Shown here: positions 52,485-64,000 of the stretch, in pieces | Layout: each line of letters begins with the position of its first letter | Numbering within the stretch: position 1 is the stretch's first letter | Assembly: GCF_000143415.4 (NCBI RefSeq) | Contig: NW_003314299.1 | Span: 1,285,502-1,349,501 of the forward strand | DNA from: Selaginella moellendorffii | Taxonomy: Eukaryota; Plantae; Lycopodiophyta | Length of the DNA stretch: 64,000 bases | Direction: 5' to 3' | The notes under the pieces: generated by a model | Told to the model about the DNA's origin: nothing | The model's database searches: none | Seen by the model: the letters and a program-made list of their open reading frames with translations, nothing else | Translations under genes and position numbers: made by a program

Positions 52485-53270
52485 TGTAGCGCATCTTATC
52501 TCTCTCCCCTTAAGCCAACTAAAAAAGGGGCAATTGCTTGATGGGAAAGCCCTTAGTAGCTATTTTATCCCCATTTATCCCCCAAAGTTCCAAGGATCCA
52601 CAATGACAGTATATCCAAATCTCATTCCATGATCACATGTGCTACACTCACCCCCCCCTTCAGAAATGTCAATGTCCTTATTGACTATTGACTACTGAGC
52701 TAAGGGGAACCAACACTTCCATTTCCGTACTGAATTTACCAATCCTTCCATTGTGTAGACTAGCTATTCCATGTGAGTCAACTAGTCATCCACCCGTACC
52801 GCAGTTCCAGAAATGTCAATATCCTCATTGACTATTGACTACTGAGCCAAGGGGAACCAACACCTCCATTTCCACACTGAATCTACCAATCCTTCCATTG
52901 TGTAGACCAGCTATTCCATGTGAGTCAACTAGTCATCCACCCGTACCGCAGTCCCACGGTGGATACCTTTGTCCGTGGATACTCCAAGGACGTACGTATG
53001 GATGCCCAATACATACGATTTCAGTAGGAATATACCTTGCTCAAGGGTATATTTAAGTAGCCACTAATCAATGGGAATCGAACCAGTGCCATTTGCTCCG
53101 ATACCAACTATAGCACACCTTATCTCTCTCCCCTTAAGCCAATTAGAAAAGGGGCAATTGCTTGATAAGAGAACCCTTAGTAGCTATTTTATCCCCATTT
53201 ATCCCCCAAGGTTCCAAGGATCCATAGTGACAGTATATCCAAATCTCATCCCATAATCACATGCGCTACA
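52485..53270 (-). mobile_element. TRIM: two 162-bp LTRs (52485-52646, 53109-53270) around a 462-bp non-coding interior
   Basis: PBS TGGTATCGGAGC (53095-53106), purine-rich PPT GAAG(G)nTGAG, 147-bp internal tandem duplication. Confidence 0.88.
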
Positions 53271-54496
53271 CATTGCCATATGATGTAGTGTGATCAGAAA
53301 GATGATCCATAAAGTGACTGAGATATTGCACCTTGACGAAGAAGCGATGCACATCATTTACACACTTCAGAGTAGGGAACTTTAGAACAACCACAAGTTT
53401 GTCAAGATCAACTTGCAAACCTTCACGAGAAATACAGTACCCAAGATAAGTTGTGTCTTTGGACCCAAACATGCATTTTGACCCCTTCAACTTTAAACCA
53501 ACATTTGGTAGCCAATCCAACACTTTACGAACATCACAAATGTGCTCTTTCCATGGCTCCTCCGAGTGGATCAAAACATCATTACTGAAGTCAGCAGTCA
53601 CCTCTAGCATATTGCAAAGAATCTCATCCATCATCCGCTGGAAAGTTGCTGGAGCATTGTTCAAACCAAACAGCATCACCAAGAACTCATACAATTCAAA
53701 TGGTGTATAAAAAGCAATCTTTGGAATATCTTCTTTGGCCATCGGTACTTGCCAATACCCAGAAGCAAGATCTAACTTGATGAACCAATGATTTTGCCCT
53801 ACCTAGACAATCCAAGAGATCAGCAATATGAGGAAGAAGGTACACATCCGGGATCGTTACTTCGTTTAACAGACGATAGTCGATGCAGAAACAAATACTT
53901 CAATCAAGCTTTGTTACAAGATGAGGTTCACATGCCTAAAAACTCCACGACTTCCAAATAACACCCTTCTCCAACATCTCCTTAACATTTGCATGTAAAA
54001 TCTTGATCTCTTTGGGTGACTGATGACGAACATGAACCTTGATTGGACAAACATCCCCGATTGGAATCGGATGATGTGTGGCAATCTTGGCCCCAGATGA
54101 TAAGTCAAAGTCAAAGAGATCAGAATACTCCTTCATGAGTCGGTCAACCACTGCAACACAAAGATTGTCGGAGGGATCGGAAAAGGAAAGAGTAGAGCAA
54201 GACAAAAACATAGGAGGAAATAGTGGGGGGACAAAAGTAATGGAAGCAGAGATAAAAGTAGAGGGACGAAGAGGTATAGAATTGAGGGGAATGGATGAAA
54301 CATAAAAAAGTATGAGACAAAGGGGAGAAGCCTCAAAGTCACACTTGGCATGATTGTGTTGCAACCAATCTATACCAAGGATGAGGTCAAAAGCTTGACT
54401 CGGCACCACCTGCAAAGACTACAACTCAAGCTTGAGATCACCTACACGCACAATCAGGTCCACCTCATCTCGTGCACATGCATATGTACGGCCGTT

Positions 54497-54691
54497 TGTA
54501 AGCAACCAAAGGGAACGACTCGAGAGACGATCTGTTGGGGTTCAAATATATAGGGAAAGGGCCCATGAACAAGAGTGCACCCCCTTTTCTAATCGGTTAA
54601 GGGTCTTGGGATATTTAGGGTTAAGCGTCCTTGGGTTTGAATAGTACTGGGCTGGGTGACCTCCCGGGAAGTCCAAACTCAGGAGCTTACA
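54497..54691 (+). mobile_element. Solo LTR carrying a 5S rRNA-derived domain (Cassandra-like)
   Basis: TGTAAGC..GCTTACA termini; TSD CCGTT (54492-54496 and 54692-54696); 5S A-box to C-box region at 54619-54674. Confidence 0.88.
54619..54674 (+). ncRNA. 5S rRNA-derived internal Pol III promoter segment (not a full 5S gene)
   Basis: GGTTAAGCGTCCTTGGGTTTGAATAGTACTGGGCTGGGTGACCTCCCGGGAAGTCC resembles plant 5S rRNA nt ~50-105; 5' half of 5S absent. Confidence 0.85.
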
Positions 54692-55144
54692 CCGTTATCA
54701 TAAAGAATGAAAATTGGTTCTGCCATACGACACAAATGTAAATGGCAACATGTGGCAACAGGTCGAGCAATAGAAGATAAACTCGAACCTATATCAACCA
54801 ACACGGAGAGAATAATAGGAGATCTCTTGTTATAAAAACGAGCTTGGAAAGAAAACACTGGATGAACCGGTGCCGAGTGAACCCTTTGATGATACTCCCG
54901 AAAGAAAGATGGAGGGGTCACTGACTTGTTCGTGCAATGTCCCTCCGTTACTCGCGTGACTCCTTGTTTCCCGGATGCATCACGGTGTCTAAACCTTCCA
55001 CTATAGTAGCACCCACAGGACGTTGTTGACGCCAAGGTCTCCACCCAGAAAATAGAGGTTGCTAATCCGGAAAACGCCAACAACGCCGATAAGTGTGCCC
55101 AACTTCATCACATGCCTAACAGCAAACATCACGGCCATGACTAT

Positions 55145-55275
55145 GTCCTCGCCCTTGTCTTTGGACTCGACCAGCAACAGCATTAACCTCCATTGGAATA
55201 AGACCATCGCCTCGCCCTTGTCTTTGGACTCGACTAGCAACAACATTAACCTCCATTGGAATAAGACCATCGCCT
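55145..55275. repeat. 63-bp in-frame tandem duplication in S2 gag
   Basis: GDGLIPMEVN.VA.RVQRQGR twice. Confidence 0.85.
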
Positions 55276-56399
55276 ACAGGAAGAGGAGCGGAAGTACAAA
55301 CATCAAGAAGTGGAAGAGGCAACGTCTCATAACATTGTGCCAAGCAAAGAGCATTGTCAAGAGTGGCTGGAGCAAATGCATGCACAAATCTGACAAGATC
55401 TTGATGAAGTGCTGGCCACAACATTCCTAACTTGATCCGCTCCGACATATTTTGCTCCACACGAAGCAAAGACTTTGAAAACGAACCCTAAATTGCATCA
55501 CCGACTCAAATGGCCCTTGGCGAAGATGATGCAATTGTTGGAAGGCATCATCACAATCGTCAGTATGTCCGAATGTGCGTTTGAAGATGTCCAGAAGAAC
55601 ACTCCAATCCCCACGAGTGGCTGCGCTTAAACCATTGTACCACTGTAACGCCGTTCTTTAGAGACACATGGGAAACTCACGCAAATGTCAAACATCATCC
55701 CAATAATGATATGTGGCAATCACCGTGAAGTGATCAAACCAATGGTACACATCATCCCCAAAATTCCCATGAAAAAACTCCGGCCGAACACGAGGATTAG
55801 CACCAAGAGCTGGAGGAGTTGTACCACGTGTCATAAATGCCGCCATCAACTGAGTTTGGTTGTTCAATTGCAAGCACATAGCATCAAACAATTGTACCAA
55901 TTACTGCTCCAAAGTCAAAGGAGGAGATTGTTAATTTGCCATGAAGATGAACGAAAAGGAAAGAGCGCAAGAAAAAAAATGACAAAAGCTAGAAGAAAAT
56001 GGAGATCTAGACAATGCGAAAAGCTATATTTAAACCAAAATCCTGAAGGGAAAGAACAAAAGAAAGGAAATGGAAAAAGCTAAATTGAAATGATGCAAAA
56101 ACTAGATCTAAACCAAAATCCCAAATCCAAGCACTTCTCATGGACAATCAAAAGTGCCCTTCATCTTCACCAATGTTAGAATATGAAAAGGGAATATAGA
56201 AAATGTGCATATCAATTACCCCAAAAACCCTAGGTTATATACAGATGCGAGTGGTCCGGATTGAAACTAATCCAACAGCTACCAAAATCCCACTATGCTA
56301 ATATTAATATACAACATCATAACTGTACACTTAACCCTCACACAATCAACAAAATTATTAAGATGTAATCTAGCATAGTTATACTTGGATCCATAAATC

Positions 56400-57660
56400 T
56401 ACCTTGCCATTTACTTCTATGGACTCACACTCAACTATTTGTTGACTGAATGAAGCTAAGTCAACAATCTTCTAACAGTGAAGGGCTGAATCCAACCCAG
56501 TTTTCAACATGGATTCTCCTGATGATGGCATCATAATGCTTATGGTGTCTGCTGTTGTGTTCACATGCCTGTCGGGCAATCCAGGGGCCGGCATTTTGGG
56601 TTTGTAAAGCACGATTGAAGGCCACTCGTTGCTGCACTGGTGAACAACAGCAAGAGAATGTGAGTTCTTGCAAGAACGTCTGAGGCTTTAGGTATTGAAT
56701 CTTTTCATTGAATGCAGATCGTTGCAGAATGGTGATGACAAAACAGGTAGACAAGTCTGCATTTAACTGGATTGTGATTCTTATCACTTCCACGATGGCT
56801 GTAGGTGGGGCCTTCAGGTCTGCTAAGAAGTTCATAACAGAGCTCCCGAAACGAGGAGTACTGACTTGTGTCTTTTGTATATGCATGGGTGACTCATTGT
56901 GGCTGCTTCAAGATGCAACTCAGAAGGTATGCAATTGCTGGAGTACTGTCTTACAGCCTTTTCAACACTGTGTACTATCTCAGGACCTTCCTATTTGTTT
57001 GAAAGAAAGAAAAAAGGAAGCAAACTGACCAAGCACTAAGTAGCGTGAAAGTGCTCCAGGATGACCTAAGCTACTGGGCATCACATTCCTGTAGTGCCCA
57101 CCAAGCACCTATAGGAATCGTAATATCATTCTAGCCTTCTAAACTTCCTGCTCAATCTTTGTTGCATGGGCAGGCTTTTTGTGGCTCGTTCATTTGTAAA
57201 TCAACAACGCACTGTAAACTCACGCGTGGCCCAAATAAAATATCTCGCATCGCGCTAAAGAATATTTTACAAACATACTTTGCTTTTTGGCATGTTGCCC
57301 CATCTACATATTGATGCATCCCCATGAGGGATATCATACTCAGAGGAGAAGGCAGCACTTGAAAGGCTTGCCTTGTTTCCCTTTGGGGTCTGAGTCCAGG
57401 AAACGAAAATTACCCGGCCATTTCCAATGTTTACAACACAACAATTGTGAACACTCTGTCGCTCCCCAATTGCAGCACAGGAGGAAGTGCCCAAAGAATT
57501 CCATCATGACCTGGGTCTCTAGTCTGCAATGGGATTCTGCAATACAACAAACTGGTGGCACTGTTGTCCTAATTTGGCATTTCCCGCAATGAAATGCCTA
57601 AGGCCCAGATCTGGTTTGGGTAAGAATCCACTCCAAGAAGGGAGCTTGCGCTTTATTTTG
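56400..57660 (-). other. Possible degraded multi-exon host-gene remnant of unknown identity
   Basis: Balanced GC, minus-strand GT/AG-like short introns, short ORFs; no family recognised. Confidence 0.3.
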
Positions 57661-57667
57661 CTCTGTG

Positions 57668-58850
57668 ATCGGCCACTCCGTGATATGTCTTTTCAATTTT
57701 AGTTTCTCATCTAGTTCGACGAAGGTGCGATTACTGGATCTGAGCTATACCCAGCGACTAGTTGTGATCCTAAACACCGCACGAGAGCGTCGATCCCTGA
57801 GGCTTGCTGGAAGAACTGGATGCCGAAGGCCACGACGAGCATCTGGAACCAGCCACAGAAGCTCGTTCCAGACTCCCTTGGCTTGGCTCTTGCAGTTGAG
57901 CTTCGTGGCTGCCATTATACCTGAGCTTTTCATCTGTTTCCTACTTGCTTCGAGGTCTTGGAGAGGATAGCAGTATTCTGCTTTGCATGACGAGCCACCT
58001 CAGTGATTCTGACAGCTAGAATGCTGGAACCCTTTTGGCTTCTCTGAATTTGGTGCTACTTGGATATGGTATTGTTTCTTCACTTTGCATGCCTTCCAGA
58101 CATTGGTATCATGAGCGGAGCAGTCTTGTTCATAAAGGGGGATCTGAAAATTCATGAGCTATGCTAAACTTGATATCTTTAGTCTAGCAGGTAGTCCATT
58201 GGCCGAAAGAATTCCGTCATACTTTTTCTCGGAGCAGGCGTGATGAGCTGCAGGGGTGTTTTGGTTTCGTTTCAAGAGATTTTTATCAACGTGGGAATAC
58301 TGCTTCGTCAGCTACTTGCTGTCGGGATTGACTTAGCTTCCCTGCTTCTGTGCTAGTCGACAACAGCTGGTGAGCTCTCATGGCTTCCTTCTCGGTAGGA
58401 TTCGGGCCGATCAACATGGTTCTAAACTCCGAGGTGTTTCCTGAGCTCCAGCCGTGAGCCTGAACTGCTCGCCAACTGGCTGGTTAGCGGCAGCATCGGG
58501 CTTACGTTCTTGAGCATCTCCGAGGCACTATCACTGGCCGGAATGTTCTTCCTCTTCGCGGGCATCGTGGCAGAGTCAGTGGTGTTCATCTACTTTCTGG
58601 TCAAAGGGAAGATCTCTGGGATGTTTGAGCGGGAGGGAATGGTCGCTGGATTGCCAGAGCTTGTGGAGCTTTCGTCATTCACGGTGGTGACGGCTCTCAA
58701 GTCTGAGGACGTGGGAAGTGCTCACGAGCCATGAAGAAAGCGGTGGGCACGTTGGGCGGCAAGGAATGTATAATGAAGAATCTCACAAGAACTTTCTAGC
58801 TAAGGTCAAGGTGATTGCTGAAAAACAGGGCAGTGTTTGAACAAGTGTCA
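57668..58850 (+). pseudogene. Heavily scrambled polyol transporter pseudogene with an inverted block at ~57770-58012
   Basis: Pieces match 7460-9500 with many deletions; 57770-58012 = rc of ~8378-8670. Confidence 0.85.
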
Positions 58851-59768
58851 AGAAGCTGATTTTAATTCCTAAGTTTACATTATGCAATCAAAGCTCGTAA
58901 ATTAAATATTTTTTTGGATAATTAACCCCGTATCTATAAACAAAATAGTTTCTTTTCTTTGTTTTTAATTATTAGAACAGAGAATCAATATCCAAAATGG
59001 GAGGCCATTTACCGGGCCACAATGGTGCGACTGGCGAGGCCACCCGGTAGTCATAACGTCGTGCTGCTGCCAGGCCACCGTGAGCACTGATGTTGTATCA
59101 AACCATTCGGCAGCTAAATGGCTCTCAGGTGAAACCATTCAGCCTGTGGTTACGTTCCTGTGCTGATGAGAGTGCCCCTGCAAGGGTAACACAACCATTC
59201 TGAAAATGGTGCACCTGCTGCTGTGATAGCTACTCTAAATTCTGCCGCGACCATGCATGAGAAGATTGATTGACCGCACAGCTGTTCATCTCTATTTGAT
59301 ATTCAGTGTTTTGATTTGCGTTCTTTACTCGGTGTGTGTATCCCTTGTCTTTGAGCGCGATCAAACTTCGTGCGTTAGTGGTGATATCTTACTTTCTTAG
59401 CTGCGTCATCTCATATCTGCGGTACCAACGTACGATAGTTTTAGATTGGGATTCACAGTGTCAAAGCTGGGAGGCAAATTCTATCATGGCCCAATGCAAT
59501 TTACCTTTCTCTATCATTCTTTGCAAGTGGGAAGTTTTTGTTAAATCACAACCGAGGCCACTACATTTACATTTGATGGTTTCACGACAGGCCGCATATA
59601 CAAATGTATTTATAGAGAATAAGTATAGGTATATTCTCTTCTTAAAGATCGTGTATGCATGATTGATCAAATTGGTTGCATAGATTTGTCTATGAAGCAA
59701 GTTGTGAAAGTTGGTACATATAGTTAGTCGAAAGAGAAGCAAATTCCAAAGAAGTTGGGCATACTATC

Positions 59769-61177
59769 ATGACAAAAGGAGCCATTCTCTTTGTGATCAT
59801 TACAGTTCTGGCGAGAGCAACAGCATCATCGATCTCAGTTCACGAGGGCAATGTTCGAAGTGTAACATGCTTCACAGCAATCCTGAGCATGGATGGTGAC
59901 TCATCCCACAAATCCAACTGGCAGTTTCTTCCATATTTACAATCAAGCAGCCAGCAGGCCTTTCTTGCGTACATGGTCTCCAGCTTCTCGGGTTGAAACC
60001 TCACCGCAGAAGTTGCGGAGAAAGGTGGCCTTCTCTCAACCAAGAACTCTTCTCTCATAGAGCACAAATCCAAGGCACAGATCAAGAGCTTGGGAACTAT
60101 GAAGATCACCATGTGGGCATTAGGTCTTGACGCGCTGGAGCTGGAACCTGTGTTAAGTTCACGCCCGTGGTAATCCGAGCCATTCCAGGCACCACAAAGT
60201 ATGCATTCTTTTCCCTCTGGGAAGAGAAAGATGGTGTACTGAGCAACACTGTTGGATCCAAAGTTTTGACCCTTCCCAACTGGAACACGCATATCGAAAT
60301 GTCAAGCGGGATGACTTTGAGAAGCATCGATCCTGATCGTGCCAATGCAACTGGCCTCGGTTTTTGCAAGGGGATGGAGCTAGATCCACAAACTTTCAAC
60401 CGAAGCATTGTAAAGCTCAGGGGGAGAGATTTTGATCCATGGTCGAATTTCAGGGTCAATACAGCTCCAGAAGCAGCAGGATTCGACATGTCCCAGGGAG
60501 TCGTCTTCGCGAGTAGGCCACGCAGAAACCTTTGCCTTCTTGGAGCTGACAACTCCTCAAGCAGCAATTCCATTACCTCGTCAGTCGACTTGACGACCAC
60601 CACGACACTTGTCCACGTTCTGGGATCTTTCATGTCTCACGTCAAGAACTCTTACATTCAAGCGCAGAACTCGGCCCTGGATCTCAATCATCCAGCGTCG
60701 GATTTCTGGGTGGCAGCAGTAGCTCTTCCCAGTGCCTTCATAGCCGTGGTGGCAGCAGCTGTGCCTTTCATCGATCTCCAGCTCAGGCTCTTCACGGACT
60801 TGACGAATTTCCAGTGATGGAAGACATTGATGCTTTGTGTGAGCAATTCCATTATCTCGGTTGCATCTTACACTCCTGTGATTGCCGTCACCCCTGCCGA
60901 GCTTCAGAGGGAGAGGAAATTTGCAACCTGGGGGCTGCTGGCAGACCAAGTTCCAATCACAAAGCGAGGGCTTGAAGTTCTCGTTGTTGTCAAGGGCGAG
61001 TCGGTATATAAATCCAGCAGCCTCATACTTGCATGGTGCTCCACTGCGATCCTCGTTCCAGTGGTCGCGTGCATCACATTCTATAGATGCAAGCAAGTTT
61101 TCTACAGGAGGGGGCTTCTCAATGCCCCGGGTAACCCGGAAGAAGAACGAATTCATGATCTTCTAGAGGGAGCGTGA
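59769..61177 (+). pseudogene. Orphan signal-peptide + ~3-TM membrane protein, copy R (TGA stops at 59994 and 60815, frameshift ~60130)
   Basis: MTKGAILFVIITVLARATAS signal-like start; hydrophobic C-terminal segments; both stops are CGA in copy L. Confidence 0.7.
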
Positions 61178-61386
61178 GGCAGCTAGAAGAGCAGCGGCGG
61201 CGCTATAAGAGCAGACTTATTTAAAATAAAACATTTTAAACAATTTTTATAAGAAAGCTACTAAAAATTCTTCCCTTTAGGTTAGCTGCAAGTTTAGTTC
61301 ACAACCTTGGATTATCTAGGTATATCCATTGGTTTTTCTAAAAGAATTTAATTATTCACGGTAGACTCACTCCTTTGGAAAAACCA

Positions 61387-63359
61387 TTAGTCAATCTCTG
61401 CATGGACATAGTCTTTATACACAAAGTTTTCTTCCAACTCCTTCAACAGGAACGCTGTCCCTGCACTAGCCATTGCAAGGCCTGCAAATATAAGCTTGAG
61501 AATGATCTCCTGAGGGATTCCTGTAGCAACAGCAAACACCACTGTGGCTCCAATGAGAACTCTCCCAGCGACCTTGAAAGCTTTGAATGCGTTCCTACAC
61601 GAGGAGCAATTCAGTGTGTGCTGCTGGTATCGATCGAGCATCTGTAAGAACACAACACAAACGTTAAAGTAAGCTTCCAATGGCAGGCAATCACTTTACC
61701 TGTTGCTTGGACAGAACAGTCGATGGTAAAGGCTGGGTTTTGCTAGTTCCAGCGGCCCACTTTGGCTCACCATTGCCATGCTTGCGAAGCCAGTTTCTGA
61801 ACTCTAGAACAAACCTGTCTGCTTGAGTGGGAGTAAACGTAATCTGCGAATACTTGGCGTTGATGTCTCCTCCTGTTGCCAAAAACTTCTTCTCTTGGCC
61901 TTGAAGAACTATCATGTCGCCATCGTAAACTTTGTTGGAAGTCCAGTGTTCGTGCCATCGTGGTACCAGCTGCAATACGAGAGAGTTAAAAAAGAACTGA
62001 AAGATATAAGAATGACGCGGAACTTGCCTGCCACCAAGCAGGGCCGGGCATGAGAAACGTGAAAAAATTACGAGCGCTGCAAACGATGGAGCGAGTTTGT
62101 CCTGGAGCCATTGGGACGTTGAAGGAGCAAATCCATATCTCCCATGTCTTGGGACCTTGAAGAGGTAGTGTAAGTGGTATCTCGATCCTGAACAAAACAT
62201 TGTTGAAGAGCTCTATCGCCAAAAAGTAGCCAAGAACTTACTTGTTTATGTAGTAGCATGGAGCTAGAAACTCGGCCGTGATCTTTGGAGTGTCGGAATT
62301 GGCACCAGAAAATCCCCATGGGCCTCTCGAATCCACCTTGAAAGTAAGAGGCTTGGCTCTATCCCTCTTGCCTGTAACCTTCAGTCGCAAAGCTTTCTGT
62401 CTAGCTCAAAAAGAACTGTGATACTGGATCTCCATACCTTGTGATGAGCGAAATCAATGTGTGATGGATCGGAAACGTTCTCCATAAGTGTGTCGTAGCC
62501 ATAGAAGAGATCACGCTGTATAGTCACTGTCGAAAAGCTAGGATCATCAAACACAGCAGGCAATCTAAACAACAAAGACACACTTTAGCACATAGATTTT
62601 GATGCCAGGATCACTTACTGAGGAGGTTGTGTTCTTTGAGCGCTTTCCCAGCCTTTCTCGTCAGGCCAAACAAACAGGAGCCCTTGCGAAACAACCGCAG
62701 GAAAGGTGATGGCACACGCTCTTGGAGAAGCGACCGCTTTCGACTCGGGGCCTTGAGTTGCCGCTTGCGGAATTTTTCCACAAGAGCCATCGCCCTTGAA
62801 TGACCAGCCATGGTAAGAGCACTGAAGCCATCCATTCTCGTCAATCCTTCCTTCCTGTGCAGGGAAAAAAAATACCTCTCAGCCATGAACACATATAAAA
62901 CTAGGAAAAAAAATTTAAAAGAAAACTTACCGATAACGGAGCCAATCTGTGAGGACATTGATCCGAGAAAGCCCTCCAGTTTCCTTCCCCGTCCTTCCAC
63001 ACAACTATCTCCCTCCCCAAGAGCTTGAATGGAGTAGCGGCCTTTGGATCCAAATCCTCTACAAGAGAAACCGGGTACCAGTGCTCGGTCCACGAGAACT
63101 TCTTGTCCTCCTTGTCCTGGCTCTCCCCAAGACTTTGCTGTAAGAATTGTTGCTCGTCTTCTTTCACAGTGCTACTAGACCCTGGCGCTGAGGAAGTTAT
63201 TGCACCTGTGACCGTAATTTTTCCTCTTCTTCTCCTGGAGAAACTTACAAAACCGATGGTTTTTCTTGCCTTGATGAAGGCACCAGTGCTGCAACTGGTA
63301 CTGCTTGCGAGAGTGTCTGAGCGTAGACTGTTGCACGCGATTCCTCCATAGACTGCCAT
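61387..63359 (-). CDS. PAO: Pheophorbide a oxygenase (Rieske non-heme Fe oxygenase), multi-exon, with plastid transit peptide
   Basis: WYPVSLVEDLDP, CPHRLAPLS/EGRID..CSYHGW Rieske motif, ENVSDPSHIDFAHH Fe site, HTLNCSSC, C-terminal FVYKDYVHAEID; short GT-AG introns. Confidence 0.95.
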
Positions 63360-63588
63360 GGCGGCTAAGGAAAGGAAAAGTGAAGTTCAAAGATCAAGTT
63401 TTGCTTAAAACGAAGTTCGAGAATGTTCGCAAACCACGGTAGCTCGACACGGCTCTCGACTGAAAACGAAATATCTTGGGCCTCAAGAAACTGTGTTAAA
63501 ACTGATCGCGTGATCATGTTAAAGTGACAAAAAAGTGCCGACTCTAATTCCTCAATGTCCAAGCACTAAAACCGAGCAAACCTGAAAT

Positions 63589-64000
63589 CTATCTTCTCTT
63601 TTTGAAGCTTTTCTTTTGTTTGCGTTTGTTGTTTCGACCGGCTGAACTCTTTTCCATAATCTCTGCAAACTTACGCTTTCTACACAGAAGGAAGTGCAGA
63701 GCAACTAAGCCAGGAAAATTCAAAAAACAATCTCGATCAAACCTGAAAGTTTGAACGCCGGCATCTGCGAGAAGCTCCTCTGCGATTGTGGCTTTACGTT
63801 CAGCCCTGGTCAGCCTGCTTGAATAAAACTCCCCAGGTCCTTCCACAACAGTACCAATCTGCACTGGTCATTAGAACTTCCTCTATATCACAAAACCTCT
63901 ACAGCTATTTACCTGAAAGTACTTGGGAAGTTTTTTGGAATCCTCCTTCTTGTAGTGACGCTTTGGATCCAGAGCACCTCTCAACTAAAGAGTAGCATCC
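63589..64000 (-). CDS. FCF2: Fcf2 pre-rRNA processing protein, 3' exons (continues beyond the window)
   Basis: LRGALDPKRHYKK..LPKYFQ / IGTVVEGPGEFYSSRLTRAERKATIAEELL / KRKF.. basic tail. Confidence 0.88.

Larger units (their letters stand above)
51452..56342 (-). mobile_element. Non-chromovirus Ty3/Gypsy element S2 (degenerate): 5' LTR 56174-56342, truncated 3' LTR ~51452-51564, gag-PR-RT-[RNase H deleted]-IN
   Basis: PBS TGGTGAAGATGAAGGG; PPT GAGAGGAGGGGATGA; gag with CCHC; RT YEFLVMLFGLNNAPATFQR; IN TRWVE..PEQILLDNGPTF and WKGPY; no chromodomain seen. Confidence 0.85.

Noticed and set aside
54560-54691. Bona fide 5S rRNA gene or 5S-derived SINE
   Set aside because: 5' half of 5S missing, no oligo-T terminator or tail; TG..CA termini and a 5-bp TSD indicate an LTR

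Overview
Plant nuclear DNA with short (~50-80 bp) introns and tightly packed genes. Inferred to be a lycophyte, most likely Selaginella; this is not confirmed. The window holds three intact, intronless CYP74 (allene oxide synthase-type) paralogs, each derived from a convergent polyol-transporter/CYP74 cassette whose transporter copies are all damaged. It also holds two pseudogenised copies of an orphan signal-peptide plus ~3-TM gene, intron-containing captured fragments of RNR1 and of a ROP GTPase, and intact PaO plus the 3' end of Fcf2 at the right end. About 40 kb is nested Ty3/Gypsy material: two chromoviruses, a young non-autonomous LARD-like element, a non-chromovirus family with a tRNA-Ala-like PBS, a TRIM and solo LTRs. 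The two most notable observations are (1) a 195-bp solo LTR with a perfect TSD that carries a 5S rRNA/Pol III promoter domain with compensatory base changes (Cassandra-like), and (2) a covarying multi-hairpin RNA element with twin tRNA T-loop hairpins shared by a chromovirus and the LARD. All alignments were made by eye, and comparisons to reference sequences are from memory.
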